64,000 nucleotides of DNA, taken from a virus (taxonomy: Duplodnaviria > Heunggongvirae > Uroviricota > Caudoviricetes). The notes below the pieces were generated by a model that worked only from the letters and a program-made list of their open reading frames with translations, was not told the origin of the DNA and did not search any database. How positions within the stretch are numbered: position 1 is the stretch's first letter; each line of letters begins with the position of its first letter. The translations under genes were made by a program, and so were the position numbers. Location of the stretch: IMG/VR virus record IMGVR_UViG_3300033124_000732; one strand, 5' to 3'. Below are positions 53,685 to 62,633 of the stretch, piece after piece.

Positions 53685-54377
53685 TCATCGTGGTGCAAAG
53701 TCCTGTTGTAGTTTGATGTTGTCAAAGAATTCTTTCTTCACGCTTTGGTCTGACTTAAACGCACCGTGTAAAACTGTGGTTTGTGTAAGACTAGAGTGTG
53801 CCATGATACCGCGATTCTCACAACAACCATGGGTAGCTTGAATATAAACTGCGACATCTTTTGACCCGGTCGCAAATTCAATTTCGCGAGCAATATCCAT
53901 ACATAGTTCTTCTTGGAGAGTCCCACGTCTTGCACACCACTGCGCGATCCGCGTGTACTTGGATAGACCAATGAGCACGGGTCCAGCAATGATTCCAATA
54001 TAAGCCACACCCGTAACAGGTTGGTGATGATGGCTACACATGCTCTTAAGCTCTGAACGCACCACCAACATACCTTCGTACGCTCCTTCTGTGTCATTTG
54101 GAAACGCTGTAGCATTAGGGCTCTCCTCATAACGGCCAGCCATAATTTCATTGAAGTACATTTTGGCAAGACGCTGTGCGGTACCTTTTGAGTTTGGATC
54201 ATTTTCCCTGTCGATTAGTAATACATCAAGCACTTGTTCAAATGCGTTGGTAGCTTCGTTGATTAAACTGTGTTTGGTCTCTTCATCAACATACTCACTG
54301 ATGTTGTCTCCTGCCCAAAATCTTTTGCCTTCTGCCTTCATCTGTTCGCGAAGGACTTGTGATAAGTGTTTTTCCAA
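53685..54377 (-). CDS. folE: GTP cyclohydrolase I FolE
   Basis: CSHHHQP (CEHH-type zinc site) and HGCCENRG (HMCM-type) blocks. 230 aa. Confidence 0.85.
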   Translation of the reverse strand: MEKHLSQVLREQMKAEGKRFWAGDNISEYVDEETKHSLINEATNAFEQVLDVLLIDRENDPNSKGTAQRLAKMYFNEIMAGRYEESPNATAFPNDTEGAYEGMLVVRSELKSMCSHHHQPVTGVAYIGIIAGPVLIGLSKYTRIAQWCARRGTLQEELCMDIAREIEFATGSKDVAVYIQATHGCCENRGIMAHSSLTQTTVLHGAFKSDQSVKKEFFDNIKLQQDFAPR

Positions 54378-54429
54378 TTTTATTCTCCGAGTTTAGGTCG
54401 TGGATGACCTTTGTGTAATTGTAAAGTAT

Positions 54430-55026
54430 TTAGACGGAATCGTCAACGATTTTGATATTTCTCAAGTCAGGGTATGGCACATGTACGGGTTTGGGATTGT
54501 GTTCTTTGACACCTTGCAACAATGCCATACCTTGAACAGCATCTTCGATACTGGGTTTGTAATGATAGCCCACATGAAAAGTCTTTTGGTCTTGCCACGG
54601 AACCACAGTTAAGTCTCTGCCATCATAGCGTTGACGCAATATAGTTTCATATGCTATCTTGTCATCTAACAATATGGCACCACCATGCCCAATTGCCAAT
54701 GGCTTGTTATGGCCAAAGCTCAAACACTGCATGGTACCCAGGCGATACATGCCTGATTCGAGTCTACGAGCCGAGTCCCATATGCGGGTGCCATGGAACC
54801 GATATTCGCCGGTCCACTCCTCTTCTCGGTAGTAGTATTTGATACCCAATTTGTGCATGGTCATAGGTATGCTGAGATAGGTATATGGAGTCATTACAAC
54901 TTCTCTCACTCGATTATATCGCAAGCAAAGTTCAATGGCATGTGTACAGCAATCAGTCATGACAGCATACGGTGCTCCTGTGAACTCTGCTAGTTCGTCT
55001 TCAAACTTTTTTATCTTGTCGAACAT
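54430..55026 (-). CDS. DegT/DnrJ/EryC1-type aminotransferase-like protein, short form (198 aa)
   Basis: SFGHNKPLAIGHGGAIL resembles the DegT PLP-lysine block (SFHxxKxxxxGEGG). Only about half the normal length. Confidence 0.5.
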   Translation of the reverse strand: MFDKIKKFEDELAEFTGAPYAVMTDCCTHAIELCLRYNRVREVVMTPYTYLSIPMTMHKLGIKYYYREEEWTGEYRFHGTRIWDSARRLESGMYRLGTMQCLSFGHNKPLAIGHGGAILLDDKIAYETILRQRYDGRDLTVVPWQDQKTFHVGYHYKPSIEDAVQGMALLQGVKEHNPKPVHVPYPDLRNIKIVDDSV

Positions 55027-55963
55027 ACCAGTTCCATGCGTGTTGAATCATGTCATCTAAATCATGATGCCGCCAAGCCCCTGCAACCAGGTTAAACTTG
55101 TCTGGACTTGCAATCAGTTCAGGTGGATCGCCTGCTCGACGAGCCTCTGTGCCAATGTGAGGCATCTTGCCAGTGATAGTTTTTGCCTGCTCTATTACCT
55201 GTTTGACACTGAACCCTTGATTTGATCCAAGGTTGTAGACCCCTGCAGGGATTTTGTGATACAACGCCAAAGCGTGGGCTCGGGCGATATCATCCACATG
55301 CACATAATCGCGAATGCAAGTACCATCAGCAGTAGGGTAATCATCACCATATATTCTGAACTGTCCATCATCTCTTGTGGCCTCTAAAAATTTAGCAATC
55401 AAGTGTGTGGCACCTGGCTCTTGTCCGTGCCTACCTTCAGGATCGGCACCACAAGCATTGAAGTAACGAAAGCCCACATAGTCAAGACCGTATGCCCGGT
55501 GATAGCTTTCCAGCATCATGTCACTCATCAGATTAGATTCACCATACGGACTGACAGGCTCTTTAGGATCCACTTCGTGTATGGGATTCATGATAGGTTC
55601 GCCGTATGTGGCAGCACTAGAACTAAACACCAACTTACAACGAGGCATGCTTTGTTTAACAATGTCCAACAACTTCAATGTTTTGGCCACATTGTTGTTG
55701 TAGTATTCTGAAGGATTCTTTACTGAAGGACCCACAAGACTGGTGCCAGCACAATGGATAATAGCATTGGGTTGTTTTTGTATGATCCAACTTAGGGCAG
55801 TATCAGTAGAAAAATCTTCACACAAGAATCCGTCGGGCACACCTTGAAGATGCTTGGGAGGATCTCTACGGTCAATGCCGTACACTGTATGCCCAGCATC
55901 TTTCAATGTGAGCATGGTCTGACCACCAATATATCCAGCTGAGCCGGTTACAATTACAATCAT
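55001..55963 (-). CDS. NAD-dependent sugar epimerase (UDP-glucose 4-epimerase GalE-like)
   Basis: GSAGYIGG Rossmann motif and overall GalE-like blocks. The YxxxK catalytic motif aligns to PYGESNLMS with both lysines replaced; worth checking. Confidence 0.7.
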   Translation of the reverse strand: MIVIVTGSAGYIGGQTMLTLKDAGHTVYGIDRRDPPKHLQGVPDGFLCEDFSTDTALSWIIQKQPNAIIHCAGTSLVGPSVKNPSEYYNNNVAKTLKLLDIVKQSMPRCKLVFSSSAATYGEPIMNPIHEVDPKEPVSPYGESNLMSDMMLESYHRAYGLDYVGFRYFNACGADPEGRHGQEPGATHLIAKFLEATRDDGQFRIYGDDYPTADGTCIRDYVHVDDIARAHALALYHKIPAGVYNLGSNQGFSVKQVIEQAKTITGKMPHIGTEARRAGDPPELIASPDKFNLVAGAWRHHDLDDMIQHAWNWYVRQDKKV

Positions 55964-57174
55964 GCTTCGATCTTTACAACTTGATATTTTTCGTGAGAAG
56001 CGTGGTCACGATAGCGATTGCCCGCTCTATTCCATTGCTCACCCACACCGCTAATAATATCCACAACACGATCCACAGTGGAATTGTTCCAGTCGGAAAT
56101 AAGTCCCATGTTGTGGTGCGGCTCGCGAAGTAGGTTTTGCATTTTGTGATAAGCATCATCTATGCTCCAGGGAATATACAGTCTATTGGGATCGTTTGCG
56201 AAGGTTTCAGGAAAACTGCGATACGCTGGATATAACACATTGCATCCAAGAGTATCGGCCTCTGATACGGTGTTTGAAACCCAATCTTGTAAAGCACAAT
56301 TAAACAACACACGAGTATTGTTAAGATGAGCATAGTATTCATTTTTGCTTATGTTGTCGTAGATTTTGAGCTTGCCTTGTGCCTCCATACGGCGGGCACG
56401 TTCAATATACTCTGGATTGTTGGATCGGAGAGGTCCGCCACTGTATATTGCAAACTCACATGGCTCGCTGGTGAGCTCACCATACATCTCAATGAGGTCC
56501 ATAAAGAAGCCAGGTTGCTTCTCTTGATCGAACCTTGCTGCGAAACCCACCCTCCGCGGACGCGAAGCAAACGGCGTGATATTTCCCGTTCCGCCAATTC
56601 TCTCCAGAACTTCTGATTTGCCAAATGCCAGGCCGGAAATGTTGTAGATTGGAGCAGTCCATCCAGCGATGCGCATGTGCGCGACCATTTCTTCATTGGT
56701 AGCCAATACTGCACCCCCCGAGAAAGCCACCATCTCATTGACCATTTGTTCATACAAGTTCATCCACTTTGCCATTCCCCACACATGCACGAAGTCATCA
56801 GGATCAATGGCCTGTGCCAAACAACGAACATAGATCTTTGGACATTGTTCTTGTGGAATCTGGTTCATGATGTAGCCAAGACTTTCAAAGCCTGGTTGGA
56901 ACATGTCTTCAAAGTAGATCACATCATCACCAGTTACATCACCGTTCTTCATGAGCTGAACCAAGTTCATCATCTGGCTCATGGCAAAGTAACTGCGTCC
57001 GTGTGCGTCCAACACCTGGCCTACCGAGATGGCTTGTGTGTTGTCGATTGTGGTGCCAGGCACATACACAACATCTAGTCCTCTGCGGTCAAACACACGT
57101 CGATTCCATTCTGTCAGTTGCAGTGTGTAGCGGGCTTCATAACTTTCCAAGCCCATGTAGAATAGTTTTCTCAT
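55960..57174 (-). CDS. T4 alpha-glucosyltransferase (AGT)-like GT-B glycosyltransferase (about 404 aa)
   Basis: N-terminus MRKLFYMGLESYEARYTLQLTEWNRRVFDRRGLDVVYV parallels T4 AGT MRICIFMARGLEGCGVTKFSLEQRDWFIKNGHEVTLVY. Start at the ATG at 57174. Confidence 0.5.
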   Translation of the reverse strand: MRKLFYMGLESYEARYTLQLTEWNRRVFDRRGLDVVYVPGTTIDNTQAISVGQVLDAHGRSYFAMSQMMNLVQLMKNGDVTGDDVIYFEDMFQPGFESLGYIMNQIPQEQCPKIYVRCLAQAIDPDDFVHVWGMAKWMNLYEQMVNEMVAFSGGAVLATNEEMVAHMRIAGWTAPIYNISGLAFGKSEVLERIGGTGNITPFASRPRRVGFAARFDQEKQPGFFMDLIEMYGELTSEPCEFAIYSGGPLRSNNPEYIERARRMEAQGKLKIYDNISKNEYYAHLNNTRVLFNCALQDWVSNTVSEADTLGCNVLYPAYRSFPETFANDPNRLYIPWSIDDAYHKMQNLLREPHHNMGLISDWNNSTVDRVVDIISGVGEQWNRAGNRYRDHASHEKYQVVKIEA

Positions 57175-57395
57175 TAGTATCTTCCGGCAAAGCGACGAGT
57201 GTCTTCGTCCCACATGTTCTTGGCGTTTTTGCCTTGTGAGTATTTGTTAAACTGTTGCCACGCATAACTCTTAAAGTTGTACAAATCGGCCTCATTGTAA
57301 CGGTAACCATAGTCCTGACAGAACTCCAAAAGTTTTTCCAAGTCTTCTTGGATTTCAATCACGCGGGGATTAGATTTGTATGTAATTTTTGCCAT
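57174..57395 (-). CDS. hypothetical protein (73 aa)
   Basis: ORF only. Confidence 0.4.
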   Translation of the reverse strand: MAKITYKSNPRVIEIQEDLEKLLEFCQDYGYRYNEADLYNFKSYAWQQFNKYSQGKNAKNMWDEDTRRFAGRY

Positions 57396-57406
57396 TTTGT
57401 TTCCTA

Positions 57407-57883
57407 TTAGATAGCAATGTTGATATTGGGGCGGTGAGTTTCATATTTAATAAGGGCTCCATTTTCACCATCTTCAGAGACCTCAATCCAGACTGAGCGT
57501 CCGGGATACCTGCCAGCGATTTGCAAATACAAATCGTCCGACATCATTTCACATGACTTGTAGTCAAGTTGGATGGTTCCTTCTTTGTAGAGCTTTTCGA
57601 GCCATCGCTTGAACTGGATGAATTCAATGTCTCTATCATTGTGTACAACAGAAATCCACACCCGGAAGTGGAAGATATGACGGTGAGGAGTACCAAGGAA
57701 ACTAACGTCATACTCATCGCCCGTCTTAAGGGCTGGATCTGTTGCGGCTGCTGGGTAACAGTGGATGCCTTCTCTTTGGAAGGTAACCCAGATTTGTCTT
57801 TGAGCGGCATGCTTGATTCTTTCTACAGTGTCTCGTTCAGCTTGTATCATTTGATTACTTCGTCCTTTGTGTATTGATCCCAT
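57407..57883 (-). CDS. hypothetical protein (158 aa)
   Basis: ORF only. His-rich patch TPHRHIFHF. Confidence 0.45.
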   Translation of the reverse strand: MGSIHKGRSNQMIQAERDTVERIKHAAQRQIWVTFQREGIHCYPAAATDPALKTGDEYDVSFLGTPHRHIFHFRVWISVVHNDRDIEFIQFKRWLEKLYKEGTIQLDYKSCEMMSDDLYLQIAGRYPGRSVWIEVSEDGENGALIKYETHRPNINIAI

Positions 57884-58380
57884 GAGGTAAATGTTTTTCT
57901 ATCCAGCAAATTATGCAGGCTGTGACACCATACTCCGGGGTTGGTTGCTTTGAAATCTTTGTCGTCCAGTTTGATTGTGGTATTGTAACCTAGCAGTTTG
58001 ACGTAAGGTAGTTTTACAGATATCATTGGGATAAATTGTGACTGTTCGCACAAACTGCCTTCAGCTAGGCCTTCCACAGCACTGACATCAAGATCTAGTG
58101 TACACCAGTATCCTTTGTCCAACCACGGTTGAATCATGCGTTCCCACGCAGTCCAGGCTTCAGCATCATTGATAGTGGGATTTGGAAAACTTTGATTGGC
58201 ACCAAAATAGATGTGTGTGATTGGTAGTTTTGATCGTGCATCAATTTCGCCACGCTTCCAGTCAATATCTGATGCAGTTTGCAATCCTACCACAAACAAT
58301 GTGCGGTGTCCAGCAACAGGGCTGGCCTCAACTTCTGTACCTACAAAGAAGTTGGTGTCTGCGTGTCCTTGGCGATTCAT
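57847..58380 (-). CDS. hypothetical protein (177 aa)
   Basis: ORF only. Confidence 0.45.
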   Translation of the reverse strand: MNRQGHADTNFFVGTEVEASPVAGHRTLFVVGLQTASDIDWKRGEIDARSKLPITHIYFGANQSFPNPTINDAEAWTAWERMIQPWLDKGYWCTLDLDVSAVEGLAEGSLCEQSQFIPMISVKLPYVKLLGYNTTIKLDDKDFKATNPGVWCHSLHNLLDRKTFTSWDQYTKDEVIK

Positions 58381-59927
58381 TTGATTTGCTCACTTTCAAG
58401 CAGTTGTAATGCTTCTAATTGTAACTGGTCTTCGGGTTCTGTGTCAACTTCTGGTTGTTCGAAAGAGAACAGTGCGTTGAATTGTGTGCGAGCGTTTTTG
58501 GTCTTCTTACCTTTGAATCCTCGTGTGCCCACAATCTCCATCCAATAACTATCATATGTTTCAATAATAGCGTCAGCAGTTTCTCGATCTGGTGCGGCAA
58601 AGATTGCTTCCACAATGTCTTCAAATCGAGCATAATCGCCTGTGCTACGGCGCATCATGGCAGGATGTTCACCTGCATCAAATCGTCGATTGGCTTCTTG
58701 CACAGCAGTTAGATGCATCCAAACATTGTGCCCCATCAGCAGTGCATATGAGAATGAATCCCATGATGTCTTGCCTTCTTTGCCAATCTTATTTAGGTCG
58801 CCGGGCTTGTAAATGCAAATATCTTTCATCTGAAACAAGTCACTTAGTGGGCTGTCTTCCCAGCGTGGATAGATTCCATCTGCTACCACGCCAGTTGACC
58901 ACTTGCGTGTGTCTAGGCTGTATTTTTTATCGTCGGCACTAGGACCCATGCGATACGACCACTTTGAATCATGTTCAAATACATTTTCGTAATACACTTG
59001 TCCGTTGGCTGTGGCAAGGAATGGACTGGCACAATCAAAACTAATAGTAAAAGCCGGATTAACGTATTTTCTAACTGCTCGTTGAATTACGGTCAGTAGC
59101 ACAGCCCATTCTAACTTTGATGTGCCCAAGAAGTGCATCCAATCATGCACACCTTCTTGCAACAAATTGTCATAGCGCAGGGCTACCAGGCGACGTAGAA
59201 CCAAATGAACGTCACACATGTTTTGTCCACCCATTGACCAACCGTCAAAATGTGTGTCTGGATACTTGACAGGATCACAGTATTCTTTCATGGTTTCGTA
59301 CCATTGGTCTGCACTGCTGTGGTTGTCGCCTTGCAATACATTTAGAATCCTAGTACCACCATTACGAATACCCTTACGATGTTTCATAAAGTATTCGTTG
59401 TTGAACTTGGTAGCGTCTACTGCTTCTTGCAGTGTGGAGATTTGACAGGCCTTGCTGGCTTTTTTATCGTGAATGACCCAGGTTGGAATATCAAGTGTCA
59501 TGCAGTAATCAGACACATTGTCCAGCCAATTAAGCACAAGCTCGCGTTTCTTTTGAGCTTTAGCACAACCTGAGTTGGCCTTCCAATCACCTTCCCACAG
59601 ACCTTTGGCAATCTGGAAACCACCAGAGTCGCCCAGGAGAAATGTACCAGGCTCTCGGTTTCGTACCATGTCCTCAGACCAGTCTTGTTTTGAGAGATCG
59701 AGGTTAGCATGTCCTCCAGACGCAAGTGACCAACGATACGGAAATAAAGCCTTGGTGGAGTTGAGCCAATTAAGCTGTTCCATGTCTGTAAGGCCCTGTG
59801 GAAACCGTGCGGGATCTACATATTGTTCATTCCTTTGCTTGCCCACAAATGTGGAATAGAATCCGCTGATGGCTGGAAGAAACACAGCGTAATCCAATTG
59901 CTTGGTAGTTAAGTTATCTTGTGTCAT
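58377..59927 (-). CDS. tRNA-guanine-transglycosylase-like protein (DpdA-like candidate DNA 7-deazaguanine transglycosylase)
   Basis: FLLGDSGGFQIAKG matches the TGT catalytic-Asp block (xDSGGFQ). 516 aa. Lies within the FolE/QueD/QueE cluster. No obvious CxCxxC zinc site. Confidence 0.65.
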   Translation of the reverse strand: MTQDNLTTKQLDYAVFLPAISGFYSTFVGKQRNEQYVDPARFPQGLTDMEQLNWLNSTKALFPYRWSLASGGHANLDLSKQDWSEDMVRNREPGTFLLGDSGGFQIAKGLWEGDWKANSGCAKAQKKRELVLNWLDNVSDYCMTLDIPTWVIHDKKASKACQISTLQEAVDATKFNNEYFMKHRKGIRNGGTRILNVLQGDNHSSADQWYETMKEYCDPVKYPDTHFDGWSMGGQNMCDVHLVLRRLVALRYDNLLQEGVHDWMHFLGTSKLEWAVLLTVIQRAVRKYVNPAFTISFDCASPFLATANGQVYYENVFEHDSKWSYRMGPSADDKKYSLDTRKWSTGVVADGIYPRWEDSPLSDLFQMKDICIYKPGDLNKIGKEGKTSWDSFSYALLMGHNVWMHLTAVQEANRRFDAGEHPAMMRRSTGDYARFEDIVEAIFAAPDRETADAIIETYDSYWMEIVGTRGFKGKKTKNARTQFNALFSFEQPEVDTEPEDQLQLEALQLLESEQIK

Positions 59928-60916
59928 AGTAATTGTTTAAGACTCGATCCAATGGTTATGTGTTTATATGTTGAAATCTCGAGCAATTTTTGTACAGCCA
60001 ATTCATGATTTGGATGTTGCTTATTACCAATAACATCGTGACTATCAAAATCCTTGATATTCCATTTATCAATTTTAGTAACTTCTCCTAGAAATCCATA
60101 CTCAAGACACATATTAGAAAAGTTTTCAAGATCATTAAAGTTTTTTGATTGTAACACAAATTTTAATAGTACATTTGTGTTCGGTCTACGGTTTTTAGAT
60201 AACCAACTAAGATTATCCTGTAGTACATCAAACCGCCCAGGACGCCTGACTACTTCGTAAACTTCTTTACTACCAGCATCTACACTAATTAGAAATTCTT
60301 GAATGTTTGGTAATATACCACTGTCTGGTAATAATTTTTTCATCAACAATCCATTGGTAAAAAGTATAACACTTTGATTTGATTTTGGTTTCCAATTTAA
60401 CACCAATGGGCGCATGATCAAACTGGCCAATGGATCACCATTACCTGTCATAACGATTGACATCGGTTCTGTAAATTCATTAATCAGTTTAACAAAATGT
60501 TTAACCTGTGCAAGTTTACGTTCAAACACAGGGCCTTCGATATAGTTAATAGCACCGACGCGACAACTTGGACAGGCCAAATTGCAACTATCATCAATGG
60601 CAAAATTAATTCTGTAGTCCGGTGTTGTTATATTTCTGTCCATAACACCGCACGTATCTACAGCACAATAGGTAAATTTACGATCCTTGACAGTTTGTTG
60701 TAGTTTCTGTGCTATAGGATTGTTCCAAATATCACTCAGTGATTCAAAATCGAGTACGTTGCCTACACTAACCGGTAACCATGCATCACATATACATAAA
60801 AAACAATTTCCCTCAAGATTGACGGTCAAAGTTTTAAACGGTCGATCACAGTCGTGTGCAATCTCAGTACTTCCTCTTGAATAACTTGAAAAAATAAAAG
60901 GATTTACTTGTATCAT
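59924..60916 (-). CDS. radical SAM enzyme (330 aa)
   Basis: CxxxCxxC in DDSCNLACPSCRVG. A second Cys pair (GNCFLCICD) near the N-terminus. Confidence 0.6.
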   Translation of the reverse strand: MIQVNPFIFSSYSRGSTEIAHDCDRPFKTLTVNLEGNCFLCICDAWLPVSVGNVLDFESLSDIWNNPIAQKLQQTVKDRKFTYCAVDTCGVMDRNITTPDYRINFAIDDSCNLACPSCRVGAINYIEGPVFERKLAQVKHFVKLINEFTEPMSIVMTGNGDPLASLIMRPLVLNWKPKSNQSVILFTNGLLMKKLLPDSGILPNIQEFLISVDAGSKEVYEVVRRPGRFDVLQDNLSWLSKNRRPNTNVLLKFVLQSKNFNDLENFSNMCLEYGFLGEVTKIDKWNIKDFDSHDVIGNKQHPNHELAVQKLLEISTYKHITIGSSLKQLL

Positions 60917-60919
60917 CTA

Positions 60920-61642
60920 TTACTTGCTTTGTGCCGGTAAGATGTAGTTATAAACAACAATGCCTGAATCCACAGTGATCTTGGCAGCACCATCATCACT
61001 GATGCGAATGGTCTTGTCACCGGTGAGGGCCAAGATACTCATGACTTGTTGAGCAGGCCAAGACCATGCACGTTTCAACTGACCATTCACACCAGGGTGG
61101 AACACAAAGTTGCCAGAGTGTGTGCTATGGTCACCAAAGAAAAACTTCAAGTCGCCGTTTTCGGTCTTGGCTTGAAAATGTGGTTCCTCGGCATTGGCCT
61201 GTGCCTGCATACGCAATCGATTGATTGCAGCCACAGTGGGTTCAAATTCAATATGCCAGTTAACACCTTTGAACTTGGGCGTCTTGAGCTTTTCAGTCAC
61301 AATTGCTTCGGCCATAAACCGATAGTTGTTTTTAAAGTCGCCCACAGCATTTTCAAAGTTGATGCCATCGGGTTCTCCACCTGCACGACGACTCAAGCTG
61401 AGTTTGGCATTTTCTTTGTACTCTTGCAAGCTCAACAGAATTTTCAACTTGCTCAAGTTTGGCATGCCAAATGTGCCCACAAAATCAGGGTGTGGGTTTT
61501 TAAATTCACCTTCCACAACCACACTCATATCTTCGGCCAAGCCTACGATCTGTGTGGATTTGTCATCACCCACAATCTTGATCAAGTCAATGCAACCAAG
61601 GTCATGTGTGTGTTGTACTAAGTCTAATAGATAATCTCTCAT
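60920..61642 (-). CDS. possible sliding clamp (gp45-like), 240 aa
   Basis: Size and beta-rich, acidic composition like T4 gp45. Located between RNase H-like/pol genes. No sequence motif verified. Confidence 0.35.
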   Translation of the reverse strand: MRDYLLDLVQHTHDLGCIDLIKIVGDDKSTQIVGLAEDMSVVVEGEFKNPHPDFVGTFGMPNLSKLKILLSLQEYKENAKLSLSRRAGGEPDGINFENAVGDFKNNYRFMAEAIVTEKLKTPKFKGVNWHIEFEPTVAAINRLRMQAQANAEEPHFQAKTENGDLKFFFGDHSTHSGNFVFHPGVNGQLKRAWSWPAQQVMSILALTGDKTIRISDDGAAKITVDSGIVVYNYILPAQSK

Positions 61643-61691
61643 TGTATACTCCTAAGTGTTTAATTATAACAGATGTATTTAGAATTTGCAA

Positions 61692-62633
61692 TCATTCTTG
61701 GCGAATTACTTTTGCCAGAACTTGCCCGCCACGCAAGCTACGGACTTCTCCGGGCTTGTGCATTTCAAACCAAGCAATGTCACCAGTACCGGTACATTGT
61801 TCGATAATTTTATAGCCAAGATTTCTGGCTATTGTTTGTATCCGACTGCCTGGTGTATAACACATCCAAGCGTTTTCTACTGCTCCAACACCGTTCCAGT
61901 TGTCGCATTCATTGTAGGTAAACACTAATGCACCACCAGGACGTAGTTTTTGGTATATCTCTGTGAGAAACTTTTCAATCATCTCAATGGGTTTCCAATT
62001 AAAATAGTTGTAGGCAAAAACTAGTCCAAATTGGTTAGACGGAAGTGCTGTAAAAATTTCTGTGTTTTTCCAGTCGTTGATCACATAAGGTCTCAGTCGC
62101 CGTTGGTATTCTTGAGTAAACGGACTCATTGCAACGTTAATTAATTCTCGATCATGGTCCACAAGATACAGCGGATCCATAGGCACCATATCTTCTATAA
62201 ATGTTTCGCGTCTGGCACCAAGAACCATACCGGGTAATCTCCAATCGGTATAGTTTTTTATTGTGTTGCGCAGGCGTTCGTGATCGTCAAAATCAATATT
62301 CAACTTGCGATTGATCAGATGTTCTACTGTTTCAAAACACATCTCCTGCTCGTATCTCTTCCAACTTTCTGCATAATATTCAGGGGCCAAGCGATCAACG
62401 TCGTTTTGTAATTGTTGTTTTAATGCCTGAAGTGATTGATCAAATTTACCAATAGAATGTTTGACACCTGCAAGTTTTTCATCAAGATCTGAGTTTGCGG
62501 AATGATATTGCAAGTCTCGATTTTTTACCGCATGCAAAATGTTATCTAACTTGTCAGTTATATTACCATAAGAAGGATCCATGTCAGTACTGTCTAACAT
62601 GTTTAAGTATGCAACAACTTGGCTTAGCTTCAT
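61692..62633 (-). CDS. SAM-dependent methyltransferase with N-terminal coiled-coil region
   Basis: C-terminal LRPGGALVFTY (MTase post-I/II block). Start at the Met whose ATG overlaps the polymerase stop. Confidence 0.55.
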   Translation of the reverse strand: MKLSQVVAYLNMLDSTDMDPSYGNITDKLDNILHAVKNRDLQYHSANSDLDEKLAGVKHSIGKFDQSLQALKQQLQNDVDRLAPEYYAESWKRYEQEMCFETVEHLINRKLNIDFDDHERLRNTIKNYTDWRLPGMVLGARRETFIEDMVPMDPLYLVDHDRELINVAMSPFTQEYQRRLRPYVINDWKNTEIFTALPSNQFGLVFAYNYFNWKPIEMIEKFLTEIYQKLRPGGALVFTYNECDNWNGVGAVENAWMCYTPGSRIQTIARNLGYKIIEQCTGTGDIAWFEMHKPGEVRSLRGGQVLAKVIRQE

